DNA of 64,000 nt from NCBI GenBank assembly GCA_039586365.1, contig JBDHKN010000001.1, positions 1-64,000 on the forward strand, given 5' to 3'. The DNA comes from Gemmatimonadota bacterium (GTDB taxonomy: Bacteria; Gemmatimonadota; Gemmatimonadetes; Gemmatimonadales; GWC2-71-9). How positions within the stretch are numbered: position 1 is the stretch's first letter; every line of letters begins with the position of its first letter. Below the pieces are notes generated by a model. That model was given only the letters and a program-made list of their open reading frames with translations, did no database searches and was not told the origin of the DNA. Below, piece by piece: positions 18,985-28,210 of this stretch. A program made the translations under genes and the position numbers.

Positions 18985-19224
18985 CTATGGTACCGGGTCA
19001 TAGCCGCCTGCCCGCAATGGATGGCACCGCAGAATCCTCCTCAAGCCCAGCCATGCGCCCTTTGCGGCACCGTAGCGACTCACTGCTTCCAGAGCGTACG
19101 ACGAGCAGGTTGGGAAATATCGGCACGGTGAAGGCAATGGTGATGCTAAAAGCTGGTAGGCCTTTATGACTGCCGCCGCAGCGCGTCGAGGCCAAAGCGC
19201 TACTGCGAGATTGAAAGCAGCCAT
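18985..19224 (-). CDS. yidD: Membrane protein insertion efficiency factor YidD
   Basis: YQ...SP...[11 protein letters not shown]...RILRCHP...GGYDPVP; start placed at ATG 19224. Confidence 0.92.
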   Translation of the reverse strand: MAAFNLAVALWPRRAAAAVIKAYQLLASPLPSPCRYFPTCSSYALEAVSRYGAAKGAWLGLRRILRCHPLRAGGYDPVP

Positions 19225-19544
19225 TTCTCGAGGTCGTCGGCCAGGTCGTGGAATCCGGCACGATAACTCCGAGCTCGGGATCTCAAAACCAAGTCGAGTG
19301 CTGGCATTCTCGGTAGGATGCGACGGCGCAGAATCTCTCGCAGCCTGCGCCGCAATCGATTGCGGTTCACCTTCGTGGCACCGCAGAGGGGAACTACCAG
19401 CCCCACTCGTGGATGGCCAAGGTGGTTGGGGCACCAACGTATCTCGAGATTCTGGGTTCGGTTGCGATGGCCACTCTGCATGACGGCCCTGATTTCCAGG
19501 GAGCGTAACAGCCTCCAGCTCCGAGGGAGCCCTTCTGAACTCAA
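19200..19544 (-). CDS. rnpA: Ribonuclease P protein component
   Basis: [19 protein letters not shown] (RNR motif); position between rpmH and yidD. Confidence 0.9.
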   Translation of the reverse strand: MSSEGLPRSWRLLRSLEIRAVMQSGHRNRTQNLEIRWCPNHLGHPRVGLVVPLCGATKVNRNRLRRRLREILRRRILPRMPALDLVLRSRARSYRAGFHDLADDLEKWLLSISQ

Positions 19545-19702
19545 ACGTGCGCGTGTTTCGTCGGCACGCGTACGGTCAGCCGCTTGCGACCCTTCTTCCT
19601 CCGTCTATTCAATACGGCCCGTCCCCAGCGTGTCTTCATGCGCGCCCGGAACCCGTGTTTGTTGATGCGCCGCCGATTGCGTGGCCTGTAGGTCGGTTTC
19701 AT
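19541..19702 (-). CDS. rpmH: 50S ribosomal protein L34 (absent from the ORF track)
   Basis: Manual translation [60 protein letters not shown]. Confidence 0.96.
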   Translation of the reverse strand: MKPTYRPRNRRRINKHGFRARMKTRWGRAVLNRRRKKGRKRLTVRVPTKHAHV

Positions 19703-19758
19703 TCTTCTCCCTCAGTTCGGGCGTGTAAGCTAGCGGCGGGCGATACTTGGGGTCAAGG

Positions 19759-19787
19759 TTGACTTTTCCACATCGGAGGGATACAAT
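19759..19787 (+). promoter_or_regulatory. sigma70 promoter of dnaA with an overlapping DnaA box
   Basis: TTGACT(19759-64)-N17-TACAAT(19782-87); TTTTCCACA at 19764-19772. Confidence 0.75.
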
Positions 19788-19832
19788 CGGGCGCCCTTTT
19801 TGACCACCTACCTCCTGTAGAAGCCATTATTA

Positions 19833-21212
19833 ATGGAGTTGTCAGTAACAGAGACCTGGAAACGCCTCCTCGACGAGGCCCGCCGGGTCCTTCCCGACGC
19901 CACGATAAGAACGTGGTTGGAACCAGCTGAGCCAATCGCACTCAGCGAGGGGCGCCTGATCGTGGGCACGCCCGACCAATTTGCTGCCGAATGGAACGAT
20001 TCCAAGCATGCGGCGGTGCTTTCTCGTGTTGCGACGGAGGTGCTCGGGTCACCCCTCGACGTGGTGTTCCAGGTCCAAGAAGAGCGCACGCAGCGCCCCC
20101 AGATGGACTTCTTTGTGACGCCGCCCACCAGCGATGCAGCGCCGCAGCGCGCCGAATCCACACGTCCGCTGAACGAGCGATACACTTTCCGGACATTCGT
20201 GATCGGGAAATCGAACGAACTCGCAGCAGCGGCGGCCCACGCGGTCGCTGCCGCACCGGGTCGCACTTACAACCCGCTGTTCATCTATGGGGCAACCGGT
20301 CTCGGCAAGACACACCTGATGCAGGCGGTTGCTCACGCAGTGCTCGAGCAGAAACCCGGTGGCCAGGTCACTTACATGGGCGCCGAGCAGTTCATAAACG
20401 ACGTGATCGAAAGCATTCATTCGCGGAAGATGCCAGAGTTCCGCAAGCGCTATCGTGAGGACGTGGACATCTTCTTGGTTGACGACGTCCATTTTCTCGA
20501 AGGCAAGGAGATGACGCAGGAGGAGTTCTTCCATACTTTCAACGCCCTCCATGAAGCTGGTAGGCAGATCGTACTGACGTCGGACCGCCCTCCAAAGGAG
20601 ATCCCGGGTCTGGAGTCACGCCTGGTGAGTCGTTTCGAATGGGGCATGGTTGCGGACATTGGCCAGCCAGATTTGGAGCATCGCATCGCCATCTTGAGGA
20701 AGAAGGCTGAGCAGGATCATCTTGAGCTGACGATCCCGGATGACGTGCTGCGGTTCATTGCTGAGCACGTGCGAAGTTCAGTTCGAGAACTAGAGGGCTG
20801 CATCATTAAGCTCCTGCTATTTGCCTCCCTGAAACACCGCGAAATCTCTATTGACCTGGCGCGTGACGCCCTCGCGGATAAGATGAAGCACCCAGCTGGG
20901 GAACCTCAAGGAGCAACAGCGTTACCCAGCGTGGATCGGGTGCAAGAAGTCGTGGCCCGACGCTGGGGGGTGACGCCGGAAGGTCTCCGGTCGAAGGCTC
21001 GTACGAAGTCATTGACTATCCCACGGCAGGTCGCCATGTACCTAGCCAGGGACCTCCTCAGCATGCAGTTAGTCGAAATAGGGCAGGCGTTTGGGGGCCG
21101 CGACCATTCAACCGTGATCCACAGCCTAGACAAGGTGGAGCGGACGATGCGAAATGACCGAAAATTCAAGGAGCGGGTAGATTTTGCGAGACAAGAACTC
21201 GCCGCGCCCTAG
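19833..21212 (+). CDS. dnaA: Chromosomal replication initiator DnaA
   Basis: YNPLFIYGATGLGKTHL, QEEFFHTFN, TSDRPP, FGGRDHSTV. Confidence 0.99.
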   Translation: MELSVTETWKRLLDEARRVLPDATIRTWLEPAEPIALSEGRLIVGTPDQFAAEWNDSKHAAVLSRVATEVLGSPLDVVFQVQEERTQRPQMDFFVTPPTSDAAPQRAESTRPLNERYTFRTFVIGKSNELAAAAAHAVAAAPGRTYNPLFIYGATGLGKTHLMQAVAHAVLEQKPGGQVTYMGAEQFINDVIESIHSRKMPEFRKRYREDVDIFLVDDVHFLEGKEMTQEEFFHTFNALHEAGRQIVLTSDRPPKEIPGLESRLVSRFEWGMVADIGQPDLEHRIAILRKKAEQDHLELTIPDDVLRFIAEHVRSSVRELEGCIIKLLLFASLKHREISIDLARDALADKMKHPAGEPQGATALPSVDRVQEVVARRWGVTPEGLRSKARTKSLTIPRQVAMYLARDLLSMQLVEIGQAFGGRDHSTVIHSLDKVERTMRNDRKFKERVDFARQELAAP

Positions 21213-21445
21213 GTGTTCGGGCGTTGCAGGCGTGTGGAGCGGTGTGGAGAGCCTGGCACAGCGACTGGCCTGTCCACTGTGGATCCACACAATAGACACC
21301 GGGACCCACACTGCCCTTGCACCCAAGTAGTTGCGGAACAAAGAGGTTATGGCTTTTGTCCAGGTTTCCAGGTCCCCTACTAGCTCTACTAGTTGGATAC
21401 TAGTAAAGTAGGAATAGTCCTAATACTCCACTCGCTGGGAGCAAC
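21213..21445. promoter_or_regulatory. Putative oriC (dnaA-dnaN intergenic region)
   Basis: Degenerate DnaA boxes at 21233, 21243, 21270-21289 and 21357; then CCC-CTACTAGCTCTACTAG trio-like tract and an AT-rich segment. Confidence 0.75.
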
Positions 21446-22555
21446 ATGAAGTTCACTATTACACGGGAGAGACTTCAGGAAGGTCTAGTAGCTGTGGCGG
21501 CTAGTGTGCCGACCAAGACTACCCTCCCTGTACTGTCCAATATTCTCGTAGAAGCGTCTCCGGAGGGTGTGCGCCTGTCCGGCACGGATCTCGATATCGC
21601 CGTGAGCACTGTAGTGGCGGCAGAGGTCGACCAAGATGGCGCGGTGACGTTGCCGGCGAAGAAGCTTGTTGAGATCGTGCGAGAGCTGCCCAGTGCCGCG
21701 ATCCGCGCGACCGCGACGGGAGAGCAACGTGTCACTTTGGAGTGTGGCCGCTCGAAGTTCAAATTGCTTGGAATACCACGTGAGGAGTTTCCCAGTTTTC
21801 CACCGGTGGATTTCACCGATAGCTGGACTGTGACGTCAAGTGACCTGCAGAAGCTGATCAGCCATGTTGCTTTCGCGGCATCCACCGAGGAAAGCAGACC
21901 CATCCTCAATGGGGTATTGTGGGAATTGCGGCCCGAGCGGATGCGTATGGTGGCTACCAACGGTCACCGGCTGGCGCGCATGGACGTTCCGATTTCAGGA
22001 GGAAGCGCATCAACTGACCTGATTGTTCCACCGAAGGCGCTCGACCAGGTGCGCCGTCTCTTTGGGCCTGCGGACGAGATCGAAATAGCGCGCAGCGACA
22101 ACCACTTGGGATTCAGATGTGGATCAACGCTCGTCTTCACGAGACTGATTGAAGGACCCTATCCCAACTACGAGCAGGTTATTCCTCGCGAAAATGACAA
22201 AGAGGCCACAGTCGACAAGCACTCGTTCTCGTCAGCCCTACGCCGCATGGGTGTGGTGGCAAGCGATCAGACACATAGGGTGCGTCTTGCCTTTGACACC
22301 GACGTCGTCGGGTTCTCGGTTAGCACTCCTGACCTAGGCGAAGCGCAAGACGAGATATCGGTCAGCTACGGTGCGGAGGCTCTCGAGATCGGATTCAATG
22401 CCAATTACCTGCTCGACATCCTCAAGTACATGCCGACCGATGAGGTTGTTTTGACGCTGAAGGCTCCGGAGCGGGCAGCTACCATACAACCGGTAGCCTG
22501 GGATGACCCGGCCGACTACCTCTGTTTGGTGATGCCTCTGCGGCTGCTTGACTAG
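21446..22555 (+). CDS. dnaN: DNA polymerase III beta clamp
   Basis: LPVLSNIL, GTDLD, SRPILNGV, VATNGHRLA, GPYPNYEQVIP, LVMPLRL. Confidence 0.98.
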   Translation: MKFTITRERLQEGLVAVAASVPTKTTLPVLSNILVEASPEGVRLSGTDLDIAVSTVVAAEVDQDGAVTLPAKKLVEIVRELPSAAIRATATGEQRVTLECGRSKFKLLGIPREEFPSFPPVDFTDSWTVTSSDLQKLISHVAFAASTEESRPILNGVLWELRPERMRMVATNGHRLARMDVPISGGSASTDLIVPPKALDQVRRLFGPADEIEIARSDNHLGFRCGSTLVFTRLIEGPYPNYEQVIPRENDKEATVDKHSFSSALRRMGVVASDQTHRVRLAFDTDVVGFSVSTPDLGEAQDEISVSYGAEALEIGFNANYLLDILKYMPTDEVVLTLKAPERAATIQPVAWDDPADYLCLVMPLRLLD

Positions 22556-22580
22556 CGGGATTCGGCAGTGCGGCCCCTCC

Positions 22581-23417
22581 CTACGGTCGTAACATTCCAC
22601 CCCGATTGGTGGCCAATCCGTGGATGCTGAGGAGGCGTGTGTCTGCCTGATCGCCGCCGGGCAGGGTGCCGACCAGAATACCTCTACGCGGCCCACCCAC
22701 AGCTAAACCAAGGGTCCAGCGGGACACTCTGAGGTTACTACCGAGTTCTGTCGCAACAAAGGTGGCGATGGGCACAGAGTTGCCCAGACCCAGGCGCGCC
22801 CCAGCCCGATAGTAAGTGTCGTATCCGTCACTGGATATCCGCTCGGCGATTATGGCTTCGGTTGCCAGTTGGGCGGCGCCGCCAAGGAGGGTCCAACCTA
22901 GTCCGACCACTCCTGTCACCGGGGAAGCCTGCCCTCTGACGAAGGGTCTGCCGATGTTGCGGACCACGAACGCCACTTGCAGTGGCATCAGCAGAGCGTA
23001 CTGGCCCCCGACGTTCCAGCCAGTATCACCGAAACGGGTGCCATAGGACGTGAACGAGAGACCAGCTGACCCTCGAGGAAAGGGCCGGGCGAAGCCGATG
23101 CGGATGGTATGGAGCGATGCAGTGTCCCCGGGAAACATGTCGCGTCGATATCCGAGCGACATCCCTCGGGCGTTGAACGCCGCCGCCCACTGCGACACTC
23201 GGGTGTCGGACTCCTCGGGCGATATGAGTACAACATCCAGCATGATCGAGGTTTCAATCACGCTCCCCAGCCCTGCTGGATTGAGCCACAACGACCTGAC
23301 ATCATCCACGGTGGATGTGAATAGATAGTCGCCGGAACGCGACGTTGGTGTCTGACCGGTGGCCTGGGCTGGAGGCGTGAGCAACAAGCCAGCGACGAGA
23401 AGCAGTATGTGACGCAT
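22581..23417 (-). CDS. Secreted hypothetical protein, possible outer-membrane beta-barrel
   Basis: Signal peptide; SLWLNPAGL motif; alternating amphipathic beta-strand pattern. Confidence 0.6.
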   Translation of the reverse strand: MRHILLLVAGLLLTPPAQATGQTPTSRSGDYLFTSTVDDVRSLWLNPAGLGSVIETSIMLDVVLISPEESDTRVSQWAAAFNARGMSLGYRRDMFPGDTASLHTIRIGFARPFPRGSAGLSFTSYGTRFGDTGWNVGGQYALLMPLQVAFVVRNIGRPFVRGQASPVTGVVGLGWTLLGGAAQLATEAIIAERISSDGYDTYYRAGARLGLGNSVPIATFVATELGSNLRVSRWTLGLAVGGPRRGILVGTLPGGDQADTRLLSIHGLATNRGGMLRP

Positions 23418-24269
23418 CTAACGGTGGACGATGTCGAGTGTGTCGGTACGGGTCTGGTGCACCGGAATCACAATTCCAGCAGCGGTCAGGTGTGCCTTGG
23501 CCTCGGAAGTGTCAGCCGCAAAGGATCCCAATAGCCGGCCGTCTGCCGCCAGAAAGTGTGTCGAATGTCTCCTCCCTTCTCCCTCCAGCACGAAATCTTG
23601 ACCCACCAACACCCCCGAACCGTGGAAAGTGTAGTTGGTTTGAGTCTTGATTTGGAGGGCTCTCTCGCCGTGATGAAGGCTCCATCCGACCGCCTGGTGA
23701 TGGTTGAAGAGCAGCACTGAGTTATCGGCACCACTAACTCTTGAATTGGTCTCGACTGTGTCACGCCATTCCAGGCCCGGTTCAGCTCCATCGGCCGGAA
23801 TCCGGGGGAAGAAGCGCGACAGGAAACGATCGGCGAGTTCGCGAGCCACGCTACCAGCGGAGTCGCCGCCAACGAAGCTGTGAAGAGTTCCATCCGGGGA
23901 CAGTAGGCCGGAAAAGGTGGCTCCGCGGGCAGAGTCAAGTTGGGCCTGTGCTATGCCACCTTGCAGCCCTGCCAATTGTGTAATTGAGTCCAGTACCAAC
24001 ACTGACTTGAGGTTTTCATTCGAAACAGCCACCTCGGTACTGACATAGAACCGCATCCCGAAATCGCTGGCAGCCAGTTGCCCGTTGAACTCCTGTTGAA
24101 CCTTGCCCTGTGTTACTCCGTAGTAGGTGGAGGCAAAGGGCCGGTACATAAACCGTGCAACTGGAGTGGGTTGATCCTCGGAAACCGAGCCGGCACACCC
24201 CACGGAGAACATGACAGCAACGATCGCTGGCAACCCCCAGTGGAATTGTCTATTCTCCTCCAGATTCAT
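23418..24269 (-). CDS. Hypothetical lipoprotein
   Basis: Lipobox SVGC; beta-rich 283-aa ORF abutting both neighbours. Confidence 0.65.
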   Translation of the reverse strand: MNLEENRQFHWGLPAIVAVMFSVGCAGSVSEDQPTPVARFMYRPFASTYYGVTQGKVQQEFNGQLAASDFGMRFYVSTEVAVSNENLKSVLVLDSITQLAGLQGGIAQAQLDSARGATFSGLLSPDGTLHSFVGGDSAGSVARELADRFLSRFFPRIPADGAEPGLEWRDTVETNSRVSGADNSVLLFNHHQAVGWSLHHGERALQIKTQTNYTFHGSGVLVGQDFVLEGEGRRHSTHFLAADGRLLGSFAADTSEAKAHLTAAGIVIPVHQTRTDTLDIVHR

Positions 24270-24496
24270 CCGTCGGCCTTTCTATCAAGCAATTCTGCCT
24301 TGGTGCGCCCGAAGATCGCTACTATCTCGGTGCTACCTGACGTAACCCGCAATAACCGCCAGCCCTTCCGCCGCATGTCGGCGCGCCACCCGATCAGCTT
24401 CTCCCACTCCGGCGGTGTTGTGTGGAAGACCCTGAGATCGGCCACCTGTTCCCAGTAGGCCGGATAGGGAGACCGTGAGTGGTCACGCGGCGTCAC
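24266..24496 (-). CDS. Small hypothetical protein
   Basis: 76 aa; ATGA overlap with the next gene; follows rnpB on the same strand. Confidence 0.65.
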   Translation of the reverse strand: MTPRDHSRSPYPAYWEQVADLRVFHTTPPEWEKLIGWRADMRRKGWRLLRVTSGSTEIVAIFGRTKAELLDRKADG

Positions 24497-24568
24497 AATA
24501 ATTCGCAGCAGCTCTGTGTTAGAGACGGGAGAACATACCTACCGCCGATGGTGAGAGCCAGGGGTGTG

Positions 24569-24932
24569 TGGTGGTGGGGCCGTAAGCCGAGTTCTGTGCG
24601 AACGAGAAAGCTCATCCGGACGGTCATCTATCTGGGATGACGGTCGCCCGTCACCTCAAGCGGCCTACCCACGGCTCAAACGGTCCGGGCTAGACCTTGC
24701 CGCCTATTTGGCCTTGCTCCAACTGGGGGTTACCGTGCCACTCCTGTTACCAGGACGTGCGGTGGGCTCTTACCCCACCTTTTCACCCTTACCCACTCAA
24801 AGTGGGCGGTCTGTTTTCTGTGGCCCTGTCCGTCGCCTCACGGCGCCCAGGTGTTACCTGGCAGTCTGCCCTAGGGAGCTCGGACTTTCCTCGACCCGCT
24901 GCGCGGGCCGCGACCGTCTCACCCCACCACCA
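24569..24932 (-). ncRNA. rnpB: RNase P RNA (class A)
   Basis: Minus strand has GAGGAAAGTCCGAGCTC near the 5' end and ACAGAACTCGGCTTAC near the 3' end; terminal P1 helix TGGTGGTGGGG/CCCCACCACCA. Confidence 0.96.
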
Positions 24933-25097
24933 ACTGCAAGATACTCCTCAGGCACGGGTGCGTGAAGCGATGGCGTGAATCGGCGGAACCTAGGGAGTGC
25001 AAGGAGTCGGTGGTGTTATGGCCCGCCTTGGGATGTTGAGCTTGTGTTGAGGCACACGGGCTATGCTGGCGACGGTGCAAGTTGCTAGGAGAGGCTC

Positions 25098-25958
25098 GTG
25101 AATTGGAAAGGTAGTGTCTCTACGGTGGCGACACTGGTCGAACCTGGCGTGAGGTCGCGGTTAGAGGCTGCAGGACAGGGTAGCTTTGCCGCAATTCATG
25201 CCGAAAGCCTGGGAGAAGTCATCCGGGCTGTTCGAGAGCGGCCGATCAATGCCGTATTCGTGTCTCCCCGATGCGTCGAACTGGAGGAACTGCCTCGGGT
25301 GGCAGCGTTGGTTGAAGGATTCCCGACCGTTGCGACCGTGGCTCTCGTGGCCCGACACGATGCGGCTTCAAGCAGGAGGCTGCTGGATCTTGGGGCTTAT
25401 GGGGTTCGTAGGATGGTGGATGTGAGTGATCGGCTCGGCTGGCAACACCTCCGCGACCTGATCTCAAACCCAACGTCACCCACGGCGGCTCGGATCTTCG
25501 CGAAGCTACTACCTGCGCTGGGTGACCCGGCACCGGAGTGCCGTGCCCTGTTCGAAACCGTGGTTAGGCTCGCACCGAGTATCACAACCGTACGTAGCCT
25601 GGCGGAACACCTGCGAATTCCCCCAAGCACGTTCATGTCGCGGTTCTTTCGGACGGGGTTGCCTTCACCCAAGCGGTATCTTGCTGCCACTCGACTGTTG
25701 TACGCGGCGGCACTGCTGGAGATCCCGGCCCTGTCGCTCTCGGACGTGGCCTATCAGCTGCAATACTCCTCACCCCAGAGTTTTGGCCGCCATCTGCGAA
25801 CAGTCCTCGGCATGACAGCGACTGAGTTCCGAGCCCGATACAGTTTCGATGCCGCTTTGGTTGACTTCGTGGGGCGGCTGATCGTTCCCTACCGAAACAG
25901 CTTTCGCACCTTTCATCCGCTCAACCGAGGGGTGGGCTACCTAGGGCAGAGATGGTGA
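25098..25958 (+). CDS. AraC-family transcriptional regulator with receiver-like N-terminus
   Basis: SPKRYL...RLLYAAALL...SLSDVAYQLQYSSPQSFGRHLRTVLGMTATEFR. Confidence 0.88.
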   Translation: MNWKGSVSTVATLVEPGVRSRLEAAGQGSFAAIHAESLGEVIRAVRERPINAVFVSPRCVELEELPRVAALVEGFPTVATVALVARHDAASSRRLLDLGAYGVRRMVDVSDRLGWQHLRDLISNPTSPTAARIFAKLLPALGDPAPECRALFETVVRLAPSITTVRSLAEHLRIPPSTFMSRFFRTGLPSPKRYLAATRLLYAAALLEIPALSLSDVAYQLQYSSPQSFGRHLRTVLGMTATEFRARYSFDAALVDFVGRLIVPYRNSFRTFHPLNRGVGYLGQRW

Positions 25959-25978
25959 AGAAACGCTGGAAAGGACGG

Positions 25979-27604
25979 TCATTCGCCCCACGAAGAAGGT
26001 TTGGAATCACTAGCGGGAGCCTCGTGCAACCTCCTGAGGAGGAGCACCAACTCCTCAGCTGTGTCGCCCACGGTCGGGCTGGTTTGGATGTGTGCTTCGG
26101 CTAGGTTGATCGCTGACTCCGCTTCCCTGCAGCAATCTTCGCACGCCATTGCCGAAGAGGACAACAGCTCGCTCAACGATTGGAGCCTCTGTGCATGTCG
26201 GGGCGCACTCGCCGTCGAGTCCTTGAACTGATCTGCCATTCTCAAGATGCCTTTACGCAGGCTTCCCACAATGGCATTGGCTTCGCTGGTTGCCGCGCCC
26301 GTCGACTCCGTCTGCTCACGCGACGCCGCTATCTCCCCAGTGAAGGTTTCGACACGTGACAGCATCTGGCCAATTAGGTCAGCCACTTCACGTGCTGACC
26401 GCCTTGCGTCTTCAGCCAGTTCCCGTACCTGTTCTGCGATTATGGCAAATCCTCGACCATGCTCGTCCTCTCGAGCCGCCTCTATTGCTGCGTTCAGTGC
26501 CAGAACATGGGTCTGGCGGGCCACTTTAAGAAGTTGCTGGGCCCGGCTGTCGATCTGCTTGGCAACCACACCCAAGTCTCTTGCGGTCGTCGCCGCGTAG
26601 TGGAGTCGTGTGACAGTCTCCCGACCGGCTTCAATAGCGGTGCCAAGAGATTCGTGAGCCGCTCCGGCTTCGCCGTACAGCGTTTCTAGTGGCGCAGTGG
26701 CTGCAGCTGCAGCCGAGGTGAGCTCGCTCGCACCCTGCGCTGCTGCTTGGCACTCCGCGAGCCCGGCTTCCGCCGCGAGGCGGGACCCATGCGCCGTGGA
26801 CGCGACCTGCTGCGCGGCTGTGGCCAGCTGTCGTCCCGAATCAACTAGGCTCCCAGCACGTCCCCGCAGCTTTTCCGCCAGCGCCCCGGCTTGGTCAGCC
26901 AGCTGTGATAAATCCGACTTGGATCGCTTGAGAATGTCGACCGAGCGAGTCAGAGAATGCTCCAGCCAGGCGAGGTGGTCGCCTCCAAGACGACTCATAT
27001 TTTCGTCCCCAGGGCTCAGTCCAGCGCTGGTCAACAGTCGTAACATCCTCTGGATTCGGTTCCCCAGCCTTGCGGACATGTATGCGAAGACCCATGTGAC
27101 CACTGCAACTACGGCGGTGTCTAGCAGCAATGCGGCGGACGGTATCCACCATGCCGAACCTGAATTTGTGTACAGCTGGCGGTGTAGTGTCGCGGCCGCG
27201 AGGTATGTCCCTCCAGCCACCAGGGTCAAGGGGCCTCGGTAACCAACCCGCAGGTGGGAGAAATGTGGAAAGACCGCAGCGAGCAGAGCGATAGCCAAGG
27301 CACCTGGTCCGAAGAAAACAACGAGTAGCGCGGCCGTCGCTATGTCGAGTGCGGCAGCCGCCAGTTGCAGCCAGGGCCGAGCCTGGCCGGAACGGATGAT
27401 CGCGTCCAATGAGAGGTGGGCAGTCAATGCCAGCGCAGAGGCGAGGCCGATAACCGGCAACGAGGCCTGCACCAGCTGCAATACGTGCCCAGCGCCGACC
27501 AGCATAGTGCCGGTGCCGATCGTCCACCAACGCAGATGTGTGATCGGCCTTGCCACATCGGTGCCGCTCCCCGGAGGCATCACGAGCCGCTCACCGCTTT
27601 CCAT
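25979..27604 (-). CDS. Methyl-accepting chemotaxis-like protein with multi-TM N-terminus
   Basis: QTHVLALNAAIEAAREDEHGRGFAIIAEQVRELA signalling hairpin; several N-terminal TM helices. Confidence 0.85.
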   Translation of the reverse strand: MESGERLVMPPGSGTDVARPITHLRWWTIGTGTMLVGAGHVLQLVQASLPVIGLASALALTAHLSLDAIIRSGQARPWLQLAAAALDIATAALLVVFFGPGALAIALLAAVFPHFSHLRVGYRGPLTLVAGGTYLAAATLHRQLYTNSGSAWWIPSAALLLDTAVVAVVTWVFAYMSARLGNRIQRMLRLLTSAGLSPGDENMSRLGGDHLAWLEHSLTRSVDILKRSKSDLSQLADQAGALAEKLRGRAGSLVDSGRQLATAAQQVASTAHGSRLAAEAGLAECQAAAQGASELTSAAAAATAPLETLYGEAGAAHESLGTAIEAGRETVTRLHYAATTARDLGVVAKQIDSRAQQLLKVARQTHVLALNAAIEAAREDEHGRGFAIIAEQVRELAEDARRSAREVADLIGQMLSRVETFTGEIAASREQTESTGAATSEANAIVGSLRKGILRMADQFKDSTASAPRHAQRLQSLSELLSSSAMACEDCCREAESAINLAEAHIQTSPTVGDTAEELVLLLRRLHEAPASDSKPSSWGE

Positions 27605-28172
27605 ATGCAGGTGCTACCCCCAAGTCCCCCAAGGTCACCAGAACGGAGAGCGGATGACCGGCGCCCTCAATGGTCTCACGGCCCCCTTCCTCACGGTCTA
27701 CCACCGCCAAGACGCCGATAACCGTGGCGCCTGCCGCTTGGAGGGCGGCGATCGCGCGCAAAGCAGACCCGCCGGTAGTGATTACATCCTCGACAACGAC
27801 GATCTGGCTCCTCTCTTCAAAGCATCCCTCTATCTGTCGGCCCATGCCATGTGACTTGGGCTCCTTCCGCACTGTGAAAGCGTCTACTGTTGGAGGGTTG
27901 CTACGGCTGGCCAGAGCAACGGCGTAGGCGACAGGGTCCGCTCCGAGGGTAAGGCCACCGACCAAATCCGGTTCCCATCCCGCTTTTCGGATGGCCTCAA
28001 GTCCAAGTATGCCAATTAGTTCCAGTCCTTCAGCCGACATGGTGGTCCTGCGGGCGTCGATGTAGTATTCGGATTGATGACCAGAAGCCAGGGTAAAAGA
28101 GCCGACTCGAAGGGATCGTTCTCTGAGGACTGTGACTAGGCGTGAGTGCCTGACTAACGGAGATTCATCCAC
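27591..28172 (-). CDS. pyrE: Orotate phosphoribosyltransferase
   Basis: GSFTLASG.SEYYID, VRKEPKSHG, VVEDVITTGGS, VVDREEGG. Confidence 0.95.
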   Translation of the reverse strand: MDESPLVRHSRLVTVLRERSLRVGSFTLASGHQSEYYIDARRTTMSAEGLELIGILGLEAIRKAGWEPDLVGGLTLGADPVAYAVALASRSNPPTVDAFTVRKEPKSHGMGRQIEGCFEERSQIVVVEDVITTGGSALRAIAALQAAGATVIGVLAVVDREEGGRETIEGAGHPLSVLVTLGDLGVAPAYGKR

Positions 28173-28210
28173 ACGACATTAAGTGTATTGGGCGTTAGTA
28201 GTAGTAGATA

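Noticed and set aside
24564..24978. 133-aa and 93-aa + strand ORFs
   Set aside because: Antisense shadows of the RNase P RNA.
28165..28207. TCATCCACA plus (TAG)4 as a second DnaA-box/trio origin
   Set aside because: Only a single box that overlaps the pyrE start; trio polarity is opposite to the canonical arrangement; no box cluster.
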